Source: Planctomycetota bacterium
GTDB lineage: Bacteria; Planctomycetota; PLA2; JAEUHO01
Reading direction: 5' to 3'
DNA length: 64,000 nt
Assembly: GCA_965222115.1 (NCBI GenBank)
Contig: CBDCTJ010000007.1
Span: 2,944,001-3,008,000 of the forward strand
Shown: in pieces, positions 40,596 through 51,214 of the stretch
Position numbering within the stretch: the first letter of the stretch is position 1
Layout of the letters: each line of letters begins with the position of its first letter
The notes under the pieces: generated by a model
What the model saw: only the letters and a program-made list of their open reading frames with translations
The model's database searches: none
Told to the model about the DNA's origin: nothing
Position numbers and translations under genes: made by a program

Positions 40596-41009
40596 CTAGA
40601 AAATCAGTTTGAAGATTCGTTGTAGGACGATATCGAATCCGAAGAGCAATCCGGCCAACAAGAACGTTACGAGAATCACAACAAGGGTGGCGCTCCAGAC
40701 TTCCTTCTTGGAAGGCCAGGACACCTTTTTCATTTCCTGCTCGGTATCGATGAGCAGGTTGACCATATCTTCGCGGTTGAGCACGAGGTGCACGAGCAAC
40801 ATGCCAATCAGAAATGCACCCAGCGCAATGGCGTGGTACATCGTGATATTGCCGAGCAGGGGGACATCCTTGATCCAAATGTGCTTGCCCGGAACGTTGA
40901 AAAACGCGAAGAGCCGAATGGCCCCGAAAAGCACGAGCAACCCGCAGCAAACGTAGCCAACGCCACGCGCCCAAGTGCCTTGGCCCTTCTTGTAGATCTC
41001 AAGACCCAT
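40596..41009 (-). CDS. secE: preprotein translocase SecE (3-TM type)
   Basis: IYKKGQG..EMKKVSWPSKKE..VVILV; ATG at 41009. Confidence 0.93.
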   Translation of the reverse strand: MGLEIYKKGQGTWARGVGYVCCGLLVLFGAIRLFAFFNVPGKHIWIKDVPLLGNITMYHAIALGAFLIGMLLVHLVLNREDMVNLLIDTEQEMKKVSWPSKKEVWSATLVVILVTFLLAGLLFGFDIVLQRIFKLIF

Positions 41010-41118
41010 GTTGCCCTGTACCCCCATGTTGTCCTGTACCCATGGTGCTTTGTACTCTACTTTCCAAGGCAGGTCGAAGGCCGCGCTTCCGACCGCCACC
41101 CGGCGGATTCAATCAAGA

Positions 41119-41194
41119 TGGCACGGCAGGAAGGACTTGAACCCTCAACCTGCTGATTTGGAATCAGCTGCTCTGCCAATTGAGCTACTGCCGT
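41119..41194 (-). tRNA. tRNA-Trp(CCA)
   Basis: Cloverleaf: acceptor ACGGCAG/CTGCCGT, anticodon arm GCTGA-TTCCAAA-TCAGC, GGTTCAAGTCC, encoded CCA. Confidence 0.97.
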
Positions 41195-41214
41195 TTCCGA
41201 TAACTGCGATTCAC

Positions 41215-41388
41215 CTACTTCTTCTTCGATTCCTTATGAATCGTGTGTTTGCGAAGTCGAGGGCAATACTTCTTGAGCTCCAGTTTGTACGGATTGCCCT
41301 TGATGCGCTTTTGAACGCGATAGTTCAAATCGCCGGTTTCCGTACACTGAAGCCAGACATACCCGCGGGCGGCGTTGCTCTTTGCCAT
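41215..41388 (-). CDS. rpmG: 50S ribosomal protein L33
   Basis: [27 protein letters not shown]; ATG at 41388. Confidence 0.95.
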   Translation of the reverse strand: MAKSNAARGYVWLQCTETGDLNYRVQKRIKGNPYKLELKKYCPRLRKHTIHKESKKK

Positions 41389-41520
41389 CGTTTCGGTCCT
41401 CGTGGTGTAGTTGACACGTGTAGTCAACGATTTGGGGCGAGCGGGCGCGACCACCCTCCCGCATCCCAAACGTACACGTTCCCGCGGCGTTCACCGCGGG
41501 CCGGTTTCATTGCGCGAGTT

Positions 41521-42729
41521 CTACTCCAGGATCTTCGTAATGGCGCCGGCACCCACCGTGCGGCCACCTTCGCGAATCGCAAAGCGCTGGCGCTCTTCGC
41601 AGGCCACAGGCTTATTGAGTTCGACCTGGATGGTGATGTTGTCACCGGGCATGCACATTTCGGCGCCGCCCTGGAGCATGATGGTGCCCGTGACGTCGGT
41701 CGTTCGCATATAGAACTGGGGACGATAGTTGTTGAAGAAGGGCGTGTGGCGTCCGCCTTCGTCCTTGCTCAACACATACACCTCAGCCTCGAACTTGGTG
41801 TGGGGATGAATCGAACCGGGCTTGCAGAGCACCATGCCGCGATCCAAAGCTTCCTTATCGACACCGCGAAGCAGCAGGCCCACGTTGTCGCCGGCTTGGC
41901 CGCTGTCGAGCGTCTTGTTGAACATTTCGACACCCGTGCAGGTCGTCTTCATGTTCTCTTCCATGAGTCCCACGATCTCGATCGGCTCACCGACCTTGAC
42001 CACGCCACGCTCGATACGACCGGTACCCACGGTGCCGCGACCCTTAATCGAGAACACGTCCTCGACAGGCATCAAGAAGGGCTTGTCGACGTCACGCTCG
42101 GGAATCGGGATGTAGCTGTCAACCGCTTCGAGCAGCTTGATGATAGAGCCAGCGCCCTGCTCATCGTCGTAGTCGCTGGGGTTGTTCATGGCCTTCAACG
42201 CCGAACCGCCAATGACAGGAATGTCGTCGCCGGGGAACTCGTACTCATTGAGCAACTCGCGCACTTCAAGCTCGACGAGTTCAAGCAACTCGGGGTCGTC
42301 CACGAGGTCAACCTTGTTGAGGAATACGACGATGGCCGGTACGCCCACCTGACGAGCAAGCAGGATGTGCTCTCGCGTCTGCGGCATGGGACCGTCGGCG
42401 GCGCTCACCACGAGAATCGCGCCGTCCATCTGGGCGGCACCCGTGATCATGTTCTTCACATAGTCGGCGTGACCGGGGCAGTCCACGTGAGCATAGTGAC
42501 GGTTTTCCGTCTCATATTCGACGTGTGCTGCTGCGATGGTCACCGTCTTAGAATCATCGCGAACCGTACCGCCCTTGGCGATGTCTTTGTAGGCCTTGGC
42601 CTTGGAGTGGCCCTTGGCTTCCATCACATACGTCAATGCCGCGGTAAGGGTTGTCTTGCCGTGGTCAACGTGACCGATGGTGCCGACGTTGACGTGCGGC
42701 TTGGTGCGTTCGAATACGTCCTTGGCCAT
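41521..42729 (-). CDS. tuf: elongation factor Tu
   Basis: [35 protein letters not shown]; ATG at 42729. Confidence 0.99.
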   Translation of the reverse strand: MAKDVFERTKPHVNVGTIGHVDHGKTTLTAALTYVMEAKGHSKAKAYKDIAKGGTVRDDSKTVTIAAAHVEYETENRHYAHVDCPGHADYVKNMITGAAQMDGAILVVSAADGPMPQTREHILLARQVGVPAIVVFLNKVDLVDDPELLELVELEVRELLNEYEFPGDDIPVIGGSALKAMNNPSDYDDEQGAGSIIKLLEAVDSYIPIPERDVDKPFLMPVEDVFSIKGRGTVGTGRIERGVVKVGEPIEIVGLMEENMKTTCTGVEMFNKTLDSGQAGDNVGLLLRGVDKEALDRGMVLCKPGSIHPHTKFEAEVYVLSKDEGGRHTPFFNNYRPQFYMRTTDVTGTIMLQGGAEMCMPGDNITIQVELNKPVACEERQRFAIREGGRTVGAGAITKILE

Positions 42730-42941
42730 TTGAGGCACTCCTTGTTGGATCGCCGCCCGCACCCCATGTGCGACGGTGACCACCTATCAAAAAACTATTC
42801 AGAAGTCGAAACGACAACTGCATCGACGCCACTTGCGCAACCGCGCCAGAGACTCGAAAGTAACTCGTGACTCGAGGGTAACTCGTCCTTGGTGCCCACG
42901 ACTAGGTGCAGCCCAATGCTCACAGCAACTTTCCGTGGAGT

Positions 42942-43016
42942 TGGAGCTGGAGGCGGGGATTGAACCCGCGACCTCCTCCTTACCAAGGAGGTGCTCTACC
43001 ACTGAGCTACTCCAGC
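42942..43016 (-). tRNA. tRNA-Thr(GGT)
   Basis: Acceptor GCTGGAG/CTCCAGC, anticodon arm CCTCC-TTGGTAA-GGAGG, encoded CCA. Confidence 0.97.
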
Positions 43017-43081
43017 GCCGGTGATCCACGCTGCATACGCACCGTTCCCTGTACCGCACCGAGCAAACGGTGCTGAAACAA

Positions 43082-43155
43082 TGGAGCGGGCGATGGGAAT
43101 CGAACCCACGTCAGTAGCTTGGAAGGCTACAGCTCTACCATTGAGCTACGCCCGC
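43082..43155 (-). tRNA. tRNA-Gly(TCC)
   Basis: Acceptor GCGGGCG/CGCCCGC, anticodon arm GTAGC-CTTCCAA-GCTAC, encoded CCA. Confidence 0.97.
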
Positions 43156-43232
43156 GCACAGACATCGAGGCCCCGCCACCCATTGAGGGGGTTCCGACGC
43201 CTGAGCGCGAAAGCGCGAGCGCAAGGGGCGGA

Positions 43233-43260
43233 ATACTACGAAGGCAGGGCAGGGGGTCAA
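43233..43260 (-). promoter_or_regulatory. sigma70-type promoter of the tRNA-tuf operon
   Basis: TTGACC-16 nt-TAGTAT followed by a GC-rich discriminator. Confidence 0.65.
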
Positions 43261-43324
43261 CAATTCCTGCCCCGGACGCGCTAGATTCGACGCCGCGCCT
43301 TCAGCGATCCCGCAAGGGACGGCG

Positions 43325-43492
43325 CTACTGCAATTCGCGAATCAGCAGATAGCTCCCGACGCTCGCCGCCAAACTCAAAGCCAGATTAGGGATGGCACCG
43401 GCGCCGGGCAGCTTGGGGGCGCATCCCTGCAGCGGAGCCGCCAAAAAAACAACCATCAGGGCGGCCGCCAATCCCTTGCGTGTGCGCTTCAT
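43325..43492 (-). CDS. small putative lipoprotein (55 aa)
   Basis: GGGAG RBS, basic N-terminus, hydrophobic core, lipobox LQGC, C-terminal hydrophobic helix. Confidence 0.55.
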   Translation of the reverse strand: MKRTRKGLAAALMVVFLAAPLQGCAPKLPGAGAIPNLALSLAASVGSYLLIRELQ

Positions 43493-43699
43493 GCATCGGA
43501 CTCCCATGTGCCTTCCGACCCGTGAATACCTAACTTCCACCCCCGTGTCCAATGTTGTGCGCGCTTTCACGCGCTTCTTGGCCTCCTTGCCCGCCAATCC
43601 GACCGGTTTGTGGGCGTAGATCCCCGTCGAATCATGGGCTTGAGGCGGCGAGCCGCGCGAAATGCGGTGGCGGTCTCACGGTCGGTGCATAGTGCCAGC

Positions 43700-44413
43700 A
43701 TGAAGGACTACCAGAGCGCATTCATTGACTTCTTGTGGGACGCAGGTGCCCTCAAAATCGGCGAGTTTCAACTGAAGAGTGGCCGCATATCGCCGCTCTA
43801 TCTCAATACGGGCCTGCTCGACTCGGGCAAGAGCCTCATTCACCTTGGACGCGGCTATGCGGCCACACTTGCAGGTGAAGTGGGCGCCGACGCCTTTGAT
43901 GTGGTCTTTGGACCCGCATACAAAGGCATCCCGCTTGCCGTCGCAACCGCCATGGGCCTAGCCGAGCTCGATATGGATAAGGCGTTTCTTGCGGATCGAA
44001 AGGAAGCCAAGGTGCACGGCGCCGAAGCTGCGGGCGGAAGTGTGGGCAAGCGGCTTTTGGGACGGCCACCCAACGACGATGCCCGCTTTGTGCTTGTGGA
44101 CGACGTGCTCACAGACGGAGCGACGAAGCGAGAAGCGGTTGCGCTGCTGAAAGAAATCGCTCCCAAGTGCACGGTTGCCGCCCTGCTAATCGTACTGGAC
44201 CGACAGGAGACGCTTCCCGACGGCCGCAATGCCGTTTCTGACTTCGCCGAGAAAACCGGTGTGCGCGTGATTCCCGTCGTAACCACAGGACACGTCGTGG
44301 AGCACCTGCGCGCCACGGACCGCCTATCGGACGACGACCTGAAGCGCATACGGGCCTACTGGACCGAGTACGGCACCAGCATGGCAAAGACCTGGGTTTC
44401 GGCGATTTCGTGA
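43700..44413 (+). CDS. pyrE: orotate phosphoribosyltransferase
   Basis: GEFQLKSGRISP, FGPAYKGIPL, RKEAKVHG, PRPP motif VLVDDVLTDG. Confidence 0.95.
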   Translation: MKDYQSAFIDFLWDAGALKIGEFQLKSGRISPLYLNTGLLDSGKSLIHLGRGYAATLAGEVGADAFDVVFGPAYKGIPLAVATAMGLAELDMDKAFLADRKEAKVHGAEAAGGSVGKRLLGRPPNDDARFVLVDDVLTDGATKREAVALLKEIAPKCTVAALLIVLDRQETLPDGRNAVSDFAEKTGVRVIPVVTTGHVVEHLRATDRLSDDDLKRIRAYWTEYGTSMAKTWVSAIS

Positions 44414-44946
44414 ACAAACCAAGCAAGACGTTTGCCGGCTACGCGGCAGTTGAATTTCTACGCCGAATCTCCGAACGCGCCGGTTCCTACGTCGGCGAGG
44501 GCACCAATCACGAAGGGGACACGTTTCGTGGATCGATGGTGATTGAACCAACAGCAAGCCGCGTCGGTGTTCGATTGACCTACATCGCCAAGGGTACCGC
44601 CGGTGCGTACGAAGGCGTTGTCTTGCATGTGGAAGACGCGTTGCTCGCGCCCCAGGGAAGTGAATCGATGATGCTTTGCAGCGTGCATAGCAATGCGAAA
44701 TCGTTGATTGTGCATCCTGCCACTGTCGTCGAAGAACGCGACACGTCGTGGGTTGCCATCTTTGACTCCGGCCCACCGGATACGCCGGGAGGCCTGCACG
44801 AGCGGATTCATATCACTTTGTGGAGAAATGGCGACGTGAGCTACGACTACGAGTGGGCCGTGGGCGAAATGAACATGGCAATGCGTTCACATGTAAGGAT
44901 GCCTCCCGCGCACTCTCACCCACCCTTATCCGAAGCTGAATCTTAA
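44410..44946 (+). CDS. hypothetical beta-strand-rich protein
   Basis: GTGA overlap with pyrE, host-like codon use; no family recognised. Confidence 0.6.
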   Translation: MNKPSKTFAGYAAVEFLRRISERAGSYVGEGTNHEGDTFRGSMVIEPTASRVGVRLTYIAKGTAGAYEGVVLHVEDALLAPQGSESMMLCSVHSNAKSLIVHPATVVEERDTSWVAIFDSGPPDTPGGLHERIHITLWRNGDVSYDYEWAVGEMNMAMRSHVRMPPAHSHPPLSEAES

Positions 44947-45232
44947 TCCTTCGCCCAATCTGAATTCTTGACTCCGACTACATCCACTTGCATGCAGTGA
45001 CATCGGGGGTCGTCAAAAAACGCATTTGAGTACTCGACTTCGTTTCAGCGTGCGTTTGACCGCAAACACGATGCTTGAAGCCCATACAGCGCCCCGCGTC
45101 ATGCTCGCCCCCAACGGGTGCAGAGTTTTCAATTTCCTTGCGCCCAGGCCTCTCTAGACAAGGTGAATAAGAACAGGAACGGGTAGGGAGAAGGAAACAG
45201 ATTAAGATGCAGAAGAGGGATGTTGGCGAGGT

Positions 45233-46870
45233 CTATCGCCCGCCGGTGAATACGCGATCGTAGCGGTAGTACACCTCGAGACACATGGCCATAAGCGCGG
45301 TGGAGTACACACGACCACCATCCGCGCCCCACGGTCCAATCGGATCCCATGAACCCTTGTACTGACAATAGTCCGTATCTCTTCGCTGCGACTGAATCAT
45401 GGAAGCGTCCATTGCACGTGACCAATCCCGCCACACGTTGCCGTCGCATTGAAACGCTGCCAGTGTTCCGTAGTACCAATAGTACATGTCGATGGATCCG
45501 TCCTTGGGGTTCCACGTAGGCAAACACCTAGCCATGAGCTCTGCGCCCAAACGAATGGATTTGCTCTTCTTCGGGTCTTCGCCTGAAAAGATGCGCGCTA
45601 GCACGCCCACCGCCGTGGTGGACTCAGTTTTCTCCACCGGGAAGCGGTCTTGCATTTCGGGTGCGCGCGCCGAGCCGCCGCCGCGTGTAATGTAGCCCAC
45701 ACGACCGGTGTCCGGATCGGTCATCTTATCGAGCCACGCGGTAACCCCTTCAAACGACGACTCGTCAATGACGAGTGGTGCTGCCATGCCACGCTTAATT
45801 GCGGTCTTGTTTAGGATGCTGGCACTTTTGAGCGCCATCATCATCCAGCCGGTTACTGAGGTGTCGTTTTGACCCGAACGGATGCCGTAGCGCCACGCAA
45901 AGTATGGATTTCTCGTAAGCGCAATAAAGTCCAAAGCGCGCTGTGCAGCACTCTTGTAGATCGCGCTACCGGTCATGGCATACGCCTCGACAATCGCCAG
46001 TGACGCCGTGGCGTGGTTGTAGATGTAGTGCGACGAGCTGCGCGGTCCGAAACAACCCTCAGCATCTTGGACCTTCTTGAGCCAACGAAGTCCGCGGCCC
46101 ACGACGCGCGCGAATTTGGATTTACCTCGATGGGTGTAACCGGCACCAAGGAATGCGCATAGTGCTGTGCCGGTAACGCCAACGTCGTACATGGCCTTGC
46201 CCTTGCCACCGGGGCCGTTGTCTACGCGTTTTCCGTCGCACCAGTCACCAAACCCTGCAGCTTCCCAGCGACCATCAGGCGATTGATGTGCGGCCAACCA
46301 CTCAAGTGCGTCGTCTAGGGCATCATTGAATCGCTTGCGCTGCCCCCTTCCGCCACCGGCCTCACCGTCACCCCCACGGCCGCGTCGGCCGAGCGTCCCT
46401 GTACCTGCGCCAATACCAATGATGGCGCGATCGGCATTGGGATTGATGGCCTCGCCTTGCGTTGCCATAGCGTCGTCCACTTCACCGAATGTTTCATCAA
46501 ACGGTTCATCCACATCGGCTTCTGGCGGATTCTCATTTGGATTTTCGGCAATGATCGGATCTTCGCTCTTCACATCGTCCACGGGCAGATCAACCGGCTC
46601 ATCGTCTTGATTGTCTTCAGGTGTCACGTATTCGGGCGGCGTTTCGACATGAACGGTCTGCGATGCGGGTGGCGGTACATTGTCGCTCCCATTCGCACCA
46701 AGCAACATGAGCACAAAGAATGCGAGTACGTGCAATGCAATACTCACCATCCACCAGGGACTATTACGAAGTGCGAGGTAGAGTTGCTCATCAAAATTGG
46801 ATTCGCCAAACGGCGATGCCGCGCGAACTGAGGCGACGGCATAGGGGCGTGACCTACTTGGACCGGTCAT
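45233..46870 (-). CDS. membrane-anchored prenyltransferase/squalene-oxidase repeat protein
   Basis: AAGGAGG RBS, TM SIALH, acidic linker, QW-like repeats (ALEWLAAHQSPDGRW, GLRWLKKVQDAEG), DMYYWYYGT, GGRVYSTAL. Confidence 0.85.
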   Translation of the reverse strand: MTGPSRSRPYAVASVRAASPFGESNFDEQLYLALRNSPWWMVSIALHVLAFFVLMLLGANGSDNVPPPASQTVHVETPPEYVTPEDNQDDEPVDLPVDDVKSEDPIIAENPNENPPEADVDEPFDETFGEVDDAMATQGEAINPNADRAIIGIGAGTGTLGRRGRGGDGEAGGGRGQRKRFNDALDDALEWLAAHQSPDGRWEAAGFGDWCDGKRVDNGPGGKGKAMYDVGVTGTALCAFLGAGYTHRGKSKFARVVGRGLRWLKKVQDAEGCFGPRSSSHYIYNHATASLAIVEAYAMTGSAIYKSAAQRALDFIALTRNPYFAWRYGIRSGQNDTSVTGWMMMALKSASILNKTAIKRGMAAPLVIDESSFEGVTAWLDKMTDPDTGRVGYITRGGGSARAPEMQDRFPVEKTESTTAVGVLARIFSGEDPKKSKSIRLGAELMARCLPTWNPKDGSIDMYYWYYGTLAAFQCDGNVWRDWSRAMDASMIQSQRRDTDYCQYKGSWDPIGPWGADGGRVYSTALMAMCLEVYYRYDRVFTGGR

Positions 46871-47207
46871 GGTGTCCTCCTTATCGGCCCCCTTCGATCG
46901 TTCGTCGCCGATGAGAAATCGCCGACTGGACATCGCGAAGGGGCTCACATGGGGAGGGCCGGACGGTTCGATACGAGGACCCGGACGCCACGATGCGACG
47001 GCACCACAATGCAACGCCAACGAATCGCGACACCAACGAATCTCGATCGAAAGGGAACGGTCAAGGCCTCAGCGGCACAGTTGAGGGCCATTCGAAAGGC
47101 ATAAACGGACGGATTTTGAATCGGTTCACGCATGGCCTCGCGCCGCACCAGCGCGGGGCTACGATGTTCGCGCGCGCCGCCTTCCTCTCGGCACAGGAGC
47201 TCTCGTT

Positions 47208-50200
47208 ATGTTGGCAACCGTTCGCATGCTGCTGGGATTCGTCGTAGGCCTATGCGTCACGCTATCGATTGCGCCTTTGGAGGCATCCCCAAAGCAGTCC
47301 GATGCGTCGGCGCGAAATCCCGATCACGTCGCGCCCTGGGACGCCGTGACCTTTACGCCGAAGGGCATGGTGGTGCACGTAGGCGGCCGCTGGTATCACC
47401 TGGTTTCGCTCGAAGGCGTAGAGACAAAGCACCTCATTGCCGCGAGCCAACAACTTTATAAGACTGCATGGAAGGATGGGTTACGTGCCCGAATCGTGCC
47501 CGTGTTACGTCGGCTAGGGAAAGCGCCTCGCAAATGGGTGTCCATGCAAGGCATTCACATTCCCAGCAAGAAACTCACCCGTCTTCGAGGCGTCGCGCTC
47601 ACGCGCTTCAATTACGACGCGGTAAAACGCAGGGCCAATGCTGCTGCTGCTCCAACCAAACAACGGGCGCCCGCCGTAAATGAGCAGCCAGGTACGCCAG
47701 TCAAAGAACCCCCAGAGGTGGTTCCCCCCCGCGCCGACAATCAACCATCGACAAAGTCGGTGCCGAACGGGGCAAAGCCAGTAGCGCAACCGCTTCCAAG
47801 CGATCCGACCGATGTGCCAACGTCGAGTCCTACAAAGCCTACGCCATCGCTAAACTCAGCGGACGAACCGGGACTTGTGGCAGAAACGCCACCTCATCGC
47901 GTACCCGAGGCAGGACAAAGCGCACCCGACCATGCTCCGGGTAAGGCAAAAGATTCAGAATCGGCGTCCGGGCATGCGCCACGAGCGCCCTGGGAAGCGG
48001 TTTACTTCCCACCTGGCACACGTGAGATCCACGTAAAGCTGGGCGACAGTTGGTCACGATTGCTCAAGCTCAACAATGTGAAGGCGCTCCACCTTGTTAT
48101 GACGGCGCAAAATCATTTCGGCGCCGCCTGGCAAGAAAACATCGCAACAAACTTGGACGGCCTCCTTGAAACAATGAATCGCCGACCCGGGAACAGCGTG
48201 CGTCTTGAGCTTTCCCCGCTTGACACAACGGCAGGGGCCGGCGTTGATACGCGGACAGTTTCCATGAACACAGACCGCGGTGCGCACACAGCATCGGCAT
48301 GGCACACGCACGGAAACAAGGCGCCGGCCATCGCCCCGTCCGAAGCATCACCACCCGAGTCGGAATCATCGACGGTGGCAACGGACACGATGACAACAAA
48401 TACAACGACGAAGCAACGTGCGCCCTGGGATGCCGTTGTGTGGGATACACAGAAGGACGGAAGCGACCGGATGCGCGTCCGCATCTCTGACTCTTGGTTT
48501 CATGCCGATCGCATCGACGGCGTGAAACTTGTCAACATCATTGCCGAGGCCAAGTCGCGTCACGGAACCGCATGGAAGACCGCCGTGGAAGAACGCCTGG
48601 ATGAGTTGGTCGCCACCCTAGGCACACCACTCGGCGCAAGTGTGACCGTAGACGTGCGCGCATTTAGCTCAGGTTCTCCCTATTCCCTCGATGTACCGCA
48701 CACGGCCGAAAACGTTGCACGTGTTGTCGCCGCGCGAAACTCGGCGCCGCGCACCGACAACCCCAATTCGTCACCCCCTGAGTCTGAGCCGTCAAATAAG
48801 GTCGAGCCTTCACCACGTGGTTCCACCACCGAACAACCGGCACGCCTGGGCAGTGAATCGCCCACGCCCAATACTGCGAGCCGTGCGCCCGCCGCACCGG
48901 TCAATCAGGGCAACCAGGACGATCATCCGTCCCTAGACGATGTCCTGCCCACGTCAGCGCCCTCGGCAAAGAAACAAGACACGCTCTCCAGCAAACACTT
49001 GAAACAAGACATTCAAGCGCTCGTAGATTTGATTGAGTCAAACTACGTGGGCCATGCGCAACAGGCACAACAGGCCAAAGCATTGCTAATGGAGTTTTCC
49101 GATCGTATTCCGGCAGACGGCATGACCAAGTCGGAGCTCGCGGAGAGGATTCATCGTCATCTGGTGACGTCACTTCACGACGGAGTGAGTCACGTAGTGG
49201 ATATCGAACGCGAGTTGAGCGCGGCGGGCGACATCGACGTTCGCTTCTTGCGTGTCGGTAATGATGTCGCTGGCCTCATGGGGCGAGATGAAACGCCCCT
49301 GGGCCCCACCACCACGCCATTGATTCACGCCATAGACGGCGTACCCGTTTCGAAGTGGCTCAGCGCGTGCAACGCCCTTGCGCTAGGCGCAACCGATGCG
49401 GCGCGCATGTATCGTTCGGCAGGTTTGCTGAGACATATTGGTGCACTGCGCAAACGGGTCGTACCGTCAACTACGGAAAACCGCGTCACAATCTCGCTTC
49501 GCTCCGCCGATGGTCTTGAACGAAGCGAAGTCAAGTTGCCTCTACAATCAGGATCTTCACTTCGCTTCGGCGCCAACGCCGTGCGCGGCGCCCGTCTTAG
49601 CGGCGACATTGGGCACCTACGTATCGCCACCATGACCCAAGACGCACGTGACCGAGACGATTTGGAGCGCTGGCTAACGCGCCTAAAGGATGCACGCGGT
49701 CTCATTCTGGATCTCCGTGACACAACGGGCACGGGTCTTGCCTTTGTAGATCTGGTGATGGCTCGCGTTGCGGAGAAGAACGAGTCGTGGATTCCAATCG
49801 TCTCGCTTGCGGTGAGGCATTCGAGCGGCCAATCGGCCACGCCACTCGCCACAACGTTGCGCGCTTCCGGGTACCTCCCCGTTGGCGATGCATCCATGGC
49901 GCCATCGGATCGAAAGGCACTAGCGGCCTTAGTGGATCCCGTTGCAACGGAATCTTCGCTCGGGGAGCAGGCACGAAGTGCACGATTCGCGTATGTCTAT
50001 CGCGCGAACGCCAAAACCAAGCCAAACCGTTTTAACAAACCTATTGTGGTGCTAATCAACGCGGGCACGCAGGGAGCCGCCGAGGCATTGGTCGCGGCGC
50101 TTTCTAAGCGACCAAACGTAACCGTACTCGGTGAAGTCACCGCGGGGAGCTTCGCACTCACGACGCGCCATCGATTGCCCCACTCCGGCATCAAGGTCGA

Positions 50201-50354
50201 TCTGGCGGCTTCCATTGTGGTCGATGGTCAGGGTGTTCCGTTTGTTGGCAAGGGCCGTGTCCCCGACGTCGAGGCGCCCGCATCCTGGAAGGATGCACTG
50301 GATGAGGCCACCGACTCGCAGCTCTCGGCTGCCCGCGCACTCATCGTCAAATAG
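47208..50354 (+). CDS. exported S41-peptidase-like protein with three N-terminal repeats
   Basis: Signal peptide, APW[DE]AV repeats, IHAIDGVPV PDZ-like, IGHLRI, GLILDLRD, IVVLINAGTQGAAE, GEVTAG, GRVPDV. Confidence 0.8.
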   Translation: MLATVRMLLGFVVGLCVTLSIAPLEASPKQSDASARNPDHVAPWDAVTFTPKGMVVHVGGRWYHLVSLEGVETKHLIAASQQLYKTAWKDGLRARIVPVLRRLGKAPRKWVSMQGIHIPSKKLTRLRGVALTRFNYDAVKRRANAAAAPTKQRAPAVNEQPGTPVKEPPEVVPPRADNQPSTKSVPNGAKPVAQPLPSDPTDVPTSSPTKPTPSLNSADEPGLVAETPPHRVPEAGQSAPDHAPGKAKDSESASGHAPRAPWEAVYFPPGTREIHVKLGDSWSRLLKLNNVKALHLVMTAQNHFGAAWQENIATNLDGLLETMNRRPGNSVRLELSPLDTTAGAGVDTRTVSMNTDRGAHTASAWHTHGNKAPAIAPSEASPPESESSTVATDTMTTNTTTKQRAPWDAVVWDTQKDGSDRMRVRISDSWFHADRIDGVKLVNIIAEAKSRHGTAWKTAVEERLDELVATLGTPLGASVTVDVRAFSSGSPYSLDVPHTAENVARVVAARNSAPRTDNPNSSPPESEPSNKVEPSPRGSTTEQPARLGSESPTPNTASRAPAAPVNQGNQDDHPSLDDVLPTSAPSAKKQDTLSSKHLKQDIQALVDLIESNYVGHAQQAQQAKALLMEFSDRIPADGMTKSELAERIHRHLVTSLHDGVSHVVDIERELSAAGDIDVRFLRVGNDVAGLMGRDETPLGPTTTPLIHAIDGVPVSKWLSACNALALGATDAARMYRSAGLLRHIGALRKRVVPSTTENRVTISLRSADGLERSEVKLPLQSGSSLRFGANAVRGARLSGDIGHLRIATMTQDARDRDDLERWLTRLKDARGLILDLRDTTGTGLAFVDLVMARVAEKNESWIPIVSLAVRHSSGQSATPLATTLRASGYLPVGDASMAPSDRKALAALVDPVATESSLGEQARSARFAYVYRANAKTKPNRFNKPIVVLINAGTQGAAEALVAALSKRPNVTVLGEVTAGSFALTTRHRLPHSGIKVDLAASIVVDGQGVPFVGKGRVPDVEAPASWKDALDEATDSQLSAARALIVK

Positions 50355-50449
50355 TGCCACCTGCTGTCCAACTCCCACTTCACGCGATTTTTACATTCGG
50401 GCGTGACGTGCTGCTTGCGCGACCGTCAATCGAGCGAGATGCTACGCAC

Positions 50450-51187
50450 ATGAAACAACAGGCGGCCGCAATGGTTGATCGACCCTCCTCCTTAAATGCC
50501 GGCCGGATCCTTATCGTGGAAGACGAAGGTGATCTTCGCGAAATTGTGGCCTACAACCTCACGAAGGAACGCTTTCGTGTGTTTACGGCCGCCAACGGCA
50601 AGGAAGCCATTGATCAGCTAAGTCGATCGCGCCCGGATCTCATCCTGCTCGATCTCATGCTTCCCGATACGGATGGCTACGACCTCTGCCGTCGCATTCG
50701 TCAATCGGCCGATCAACACGACATTCCCATCATCATGGTTACGGCCCGCACGGAAGAATCCGACGTGCTCCTTGGTCTTGGATTGGGTGCCGACGACTAC
50801 ATCACCAAACCCTTTCGCGTTCGCGAGCTGGTGGCGCGCGTCAAGGCCGTTCTCCGACGCCATTCGACCAAAGGCGACGCCGACGACGCTAAGACGCTTC
50901 GGTTCGAGTCCTTGACCATTGACCCCTCCCAGCACGAAGTTCTTGTGCACGGTGAGCGAGCACACTTCACAGCCACCGAGTTTCGGCTCCTTCATTTTAT
51001 GGCCCGCAAACCGGGTCACGTGTGGACGCGCGACGAACTCCTGCGTTACGTACTTGGCGACGACTCGCTGCTCAGCGGACGCAATATCGACGTGCATGTG
51101 CGTGCCATCCGCAAGAAGCTTGGTACACTTCGAGGTGCCATCGAAACCGTTCGTGGGGTAGGCTATCGGTTCCGACCTCAATCGTAG
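50450..51187 (+). CDS. phoB: PhoB/OmpR family response regulator
   Basis: ILIVEDE, LILLDLMLP, GADDYITKPF, DVHVRAIRKKL, IETVRGVGY; pho context; start uncertain (50354/50450/50472). Confidence 0.88.
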   Translation: MKQQAAAMVDRPSSLNAGRILIVEDEGDLREIVAYNLTKERFRVFTAANGKEAIDQLSRSRPDLILLDLMLPDTDGYDLCRRIRQSADQHDIPIIMVTARTEESDVLLGLGLGADDYITKPFRVRELVARVKAVLRRHSTKGDADDAKTLRFESLTIDPSQHEVLVHGERAHFTATEFRLLHFMARKPGHVWTRDELLRYVLGDDSLLSGRNIDVHVRAIRKKLGTLRGAIETVRGVGYRFRPQS

Positions 51188-51214
51188 GGCTGGGCGTCGG
51201 CTCGAGGAACCGTC

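Noticed and set aside
38955-42870. 530-aa and 620-aa plus-strand ORFs
   Set aside because: Antisense to ECF sigma/rplK/nusG and to tRNA-Trp/rpmG/tuf
45080-45092. gcccatacagcg similar to the reconstructed IS target
   Set aside because: Short match without the palindromic REP context; plausible by chance
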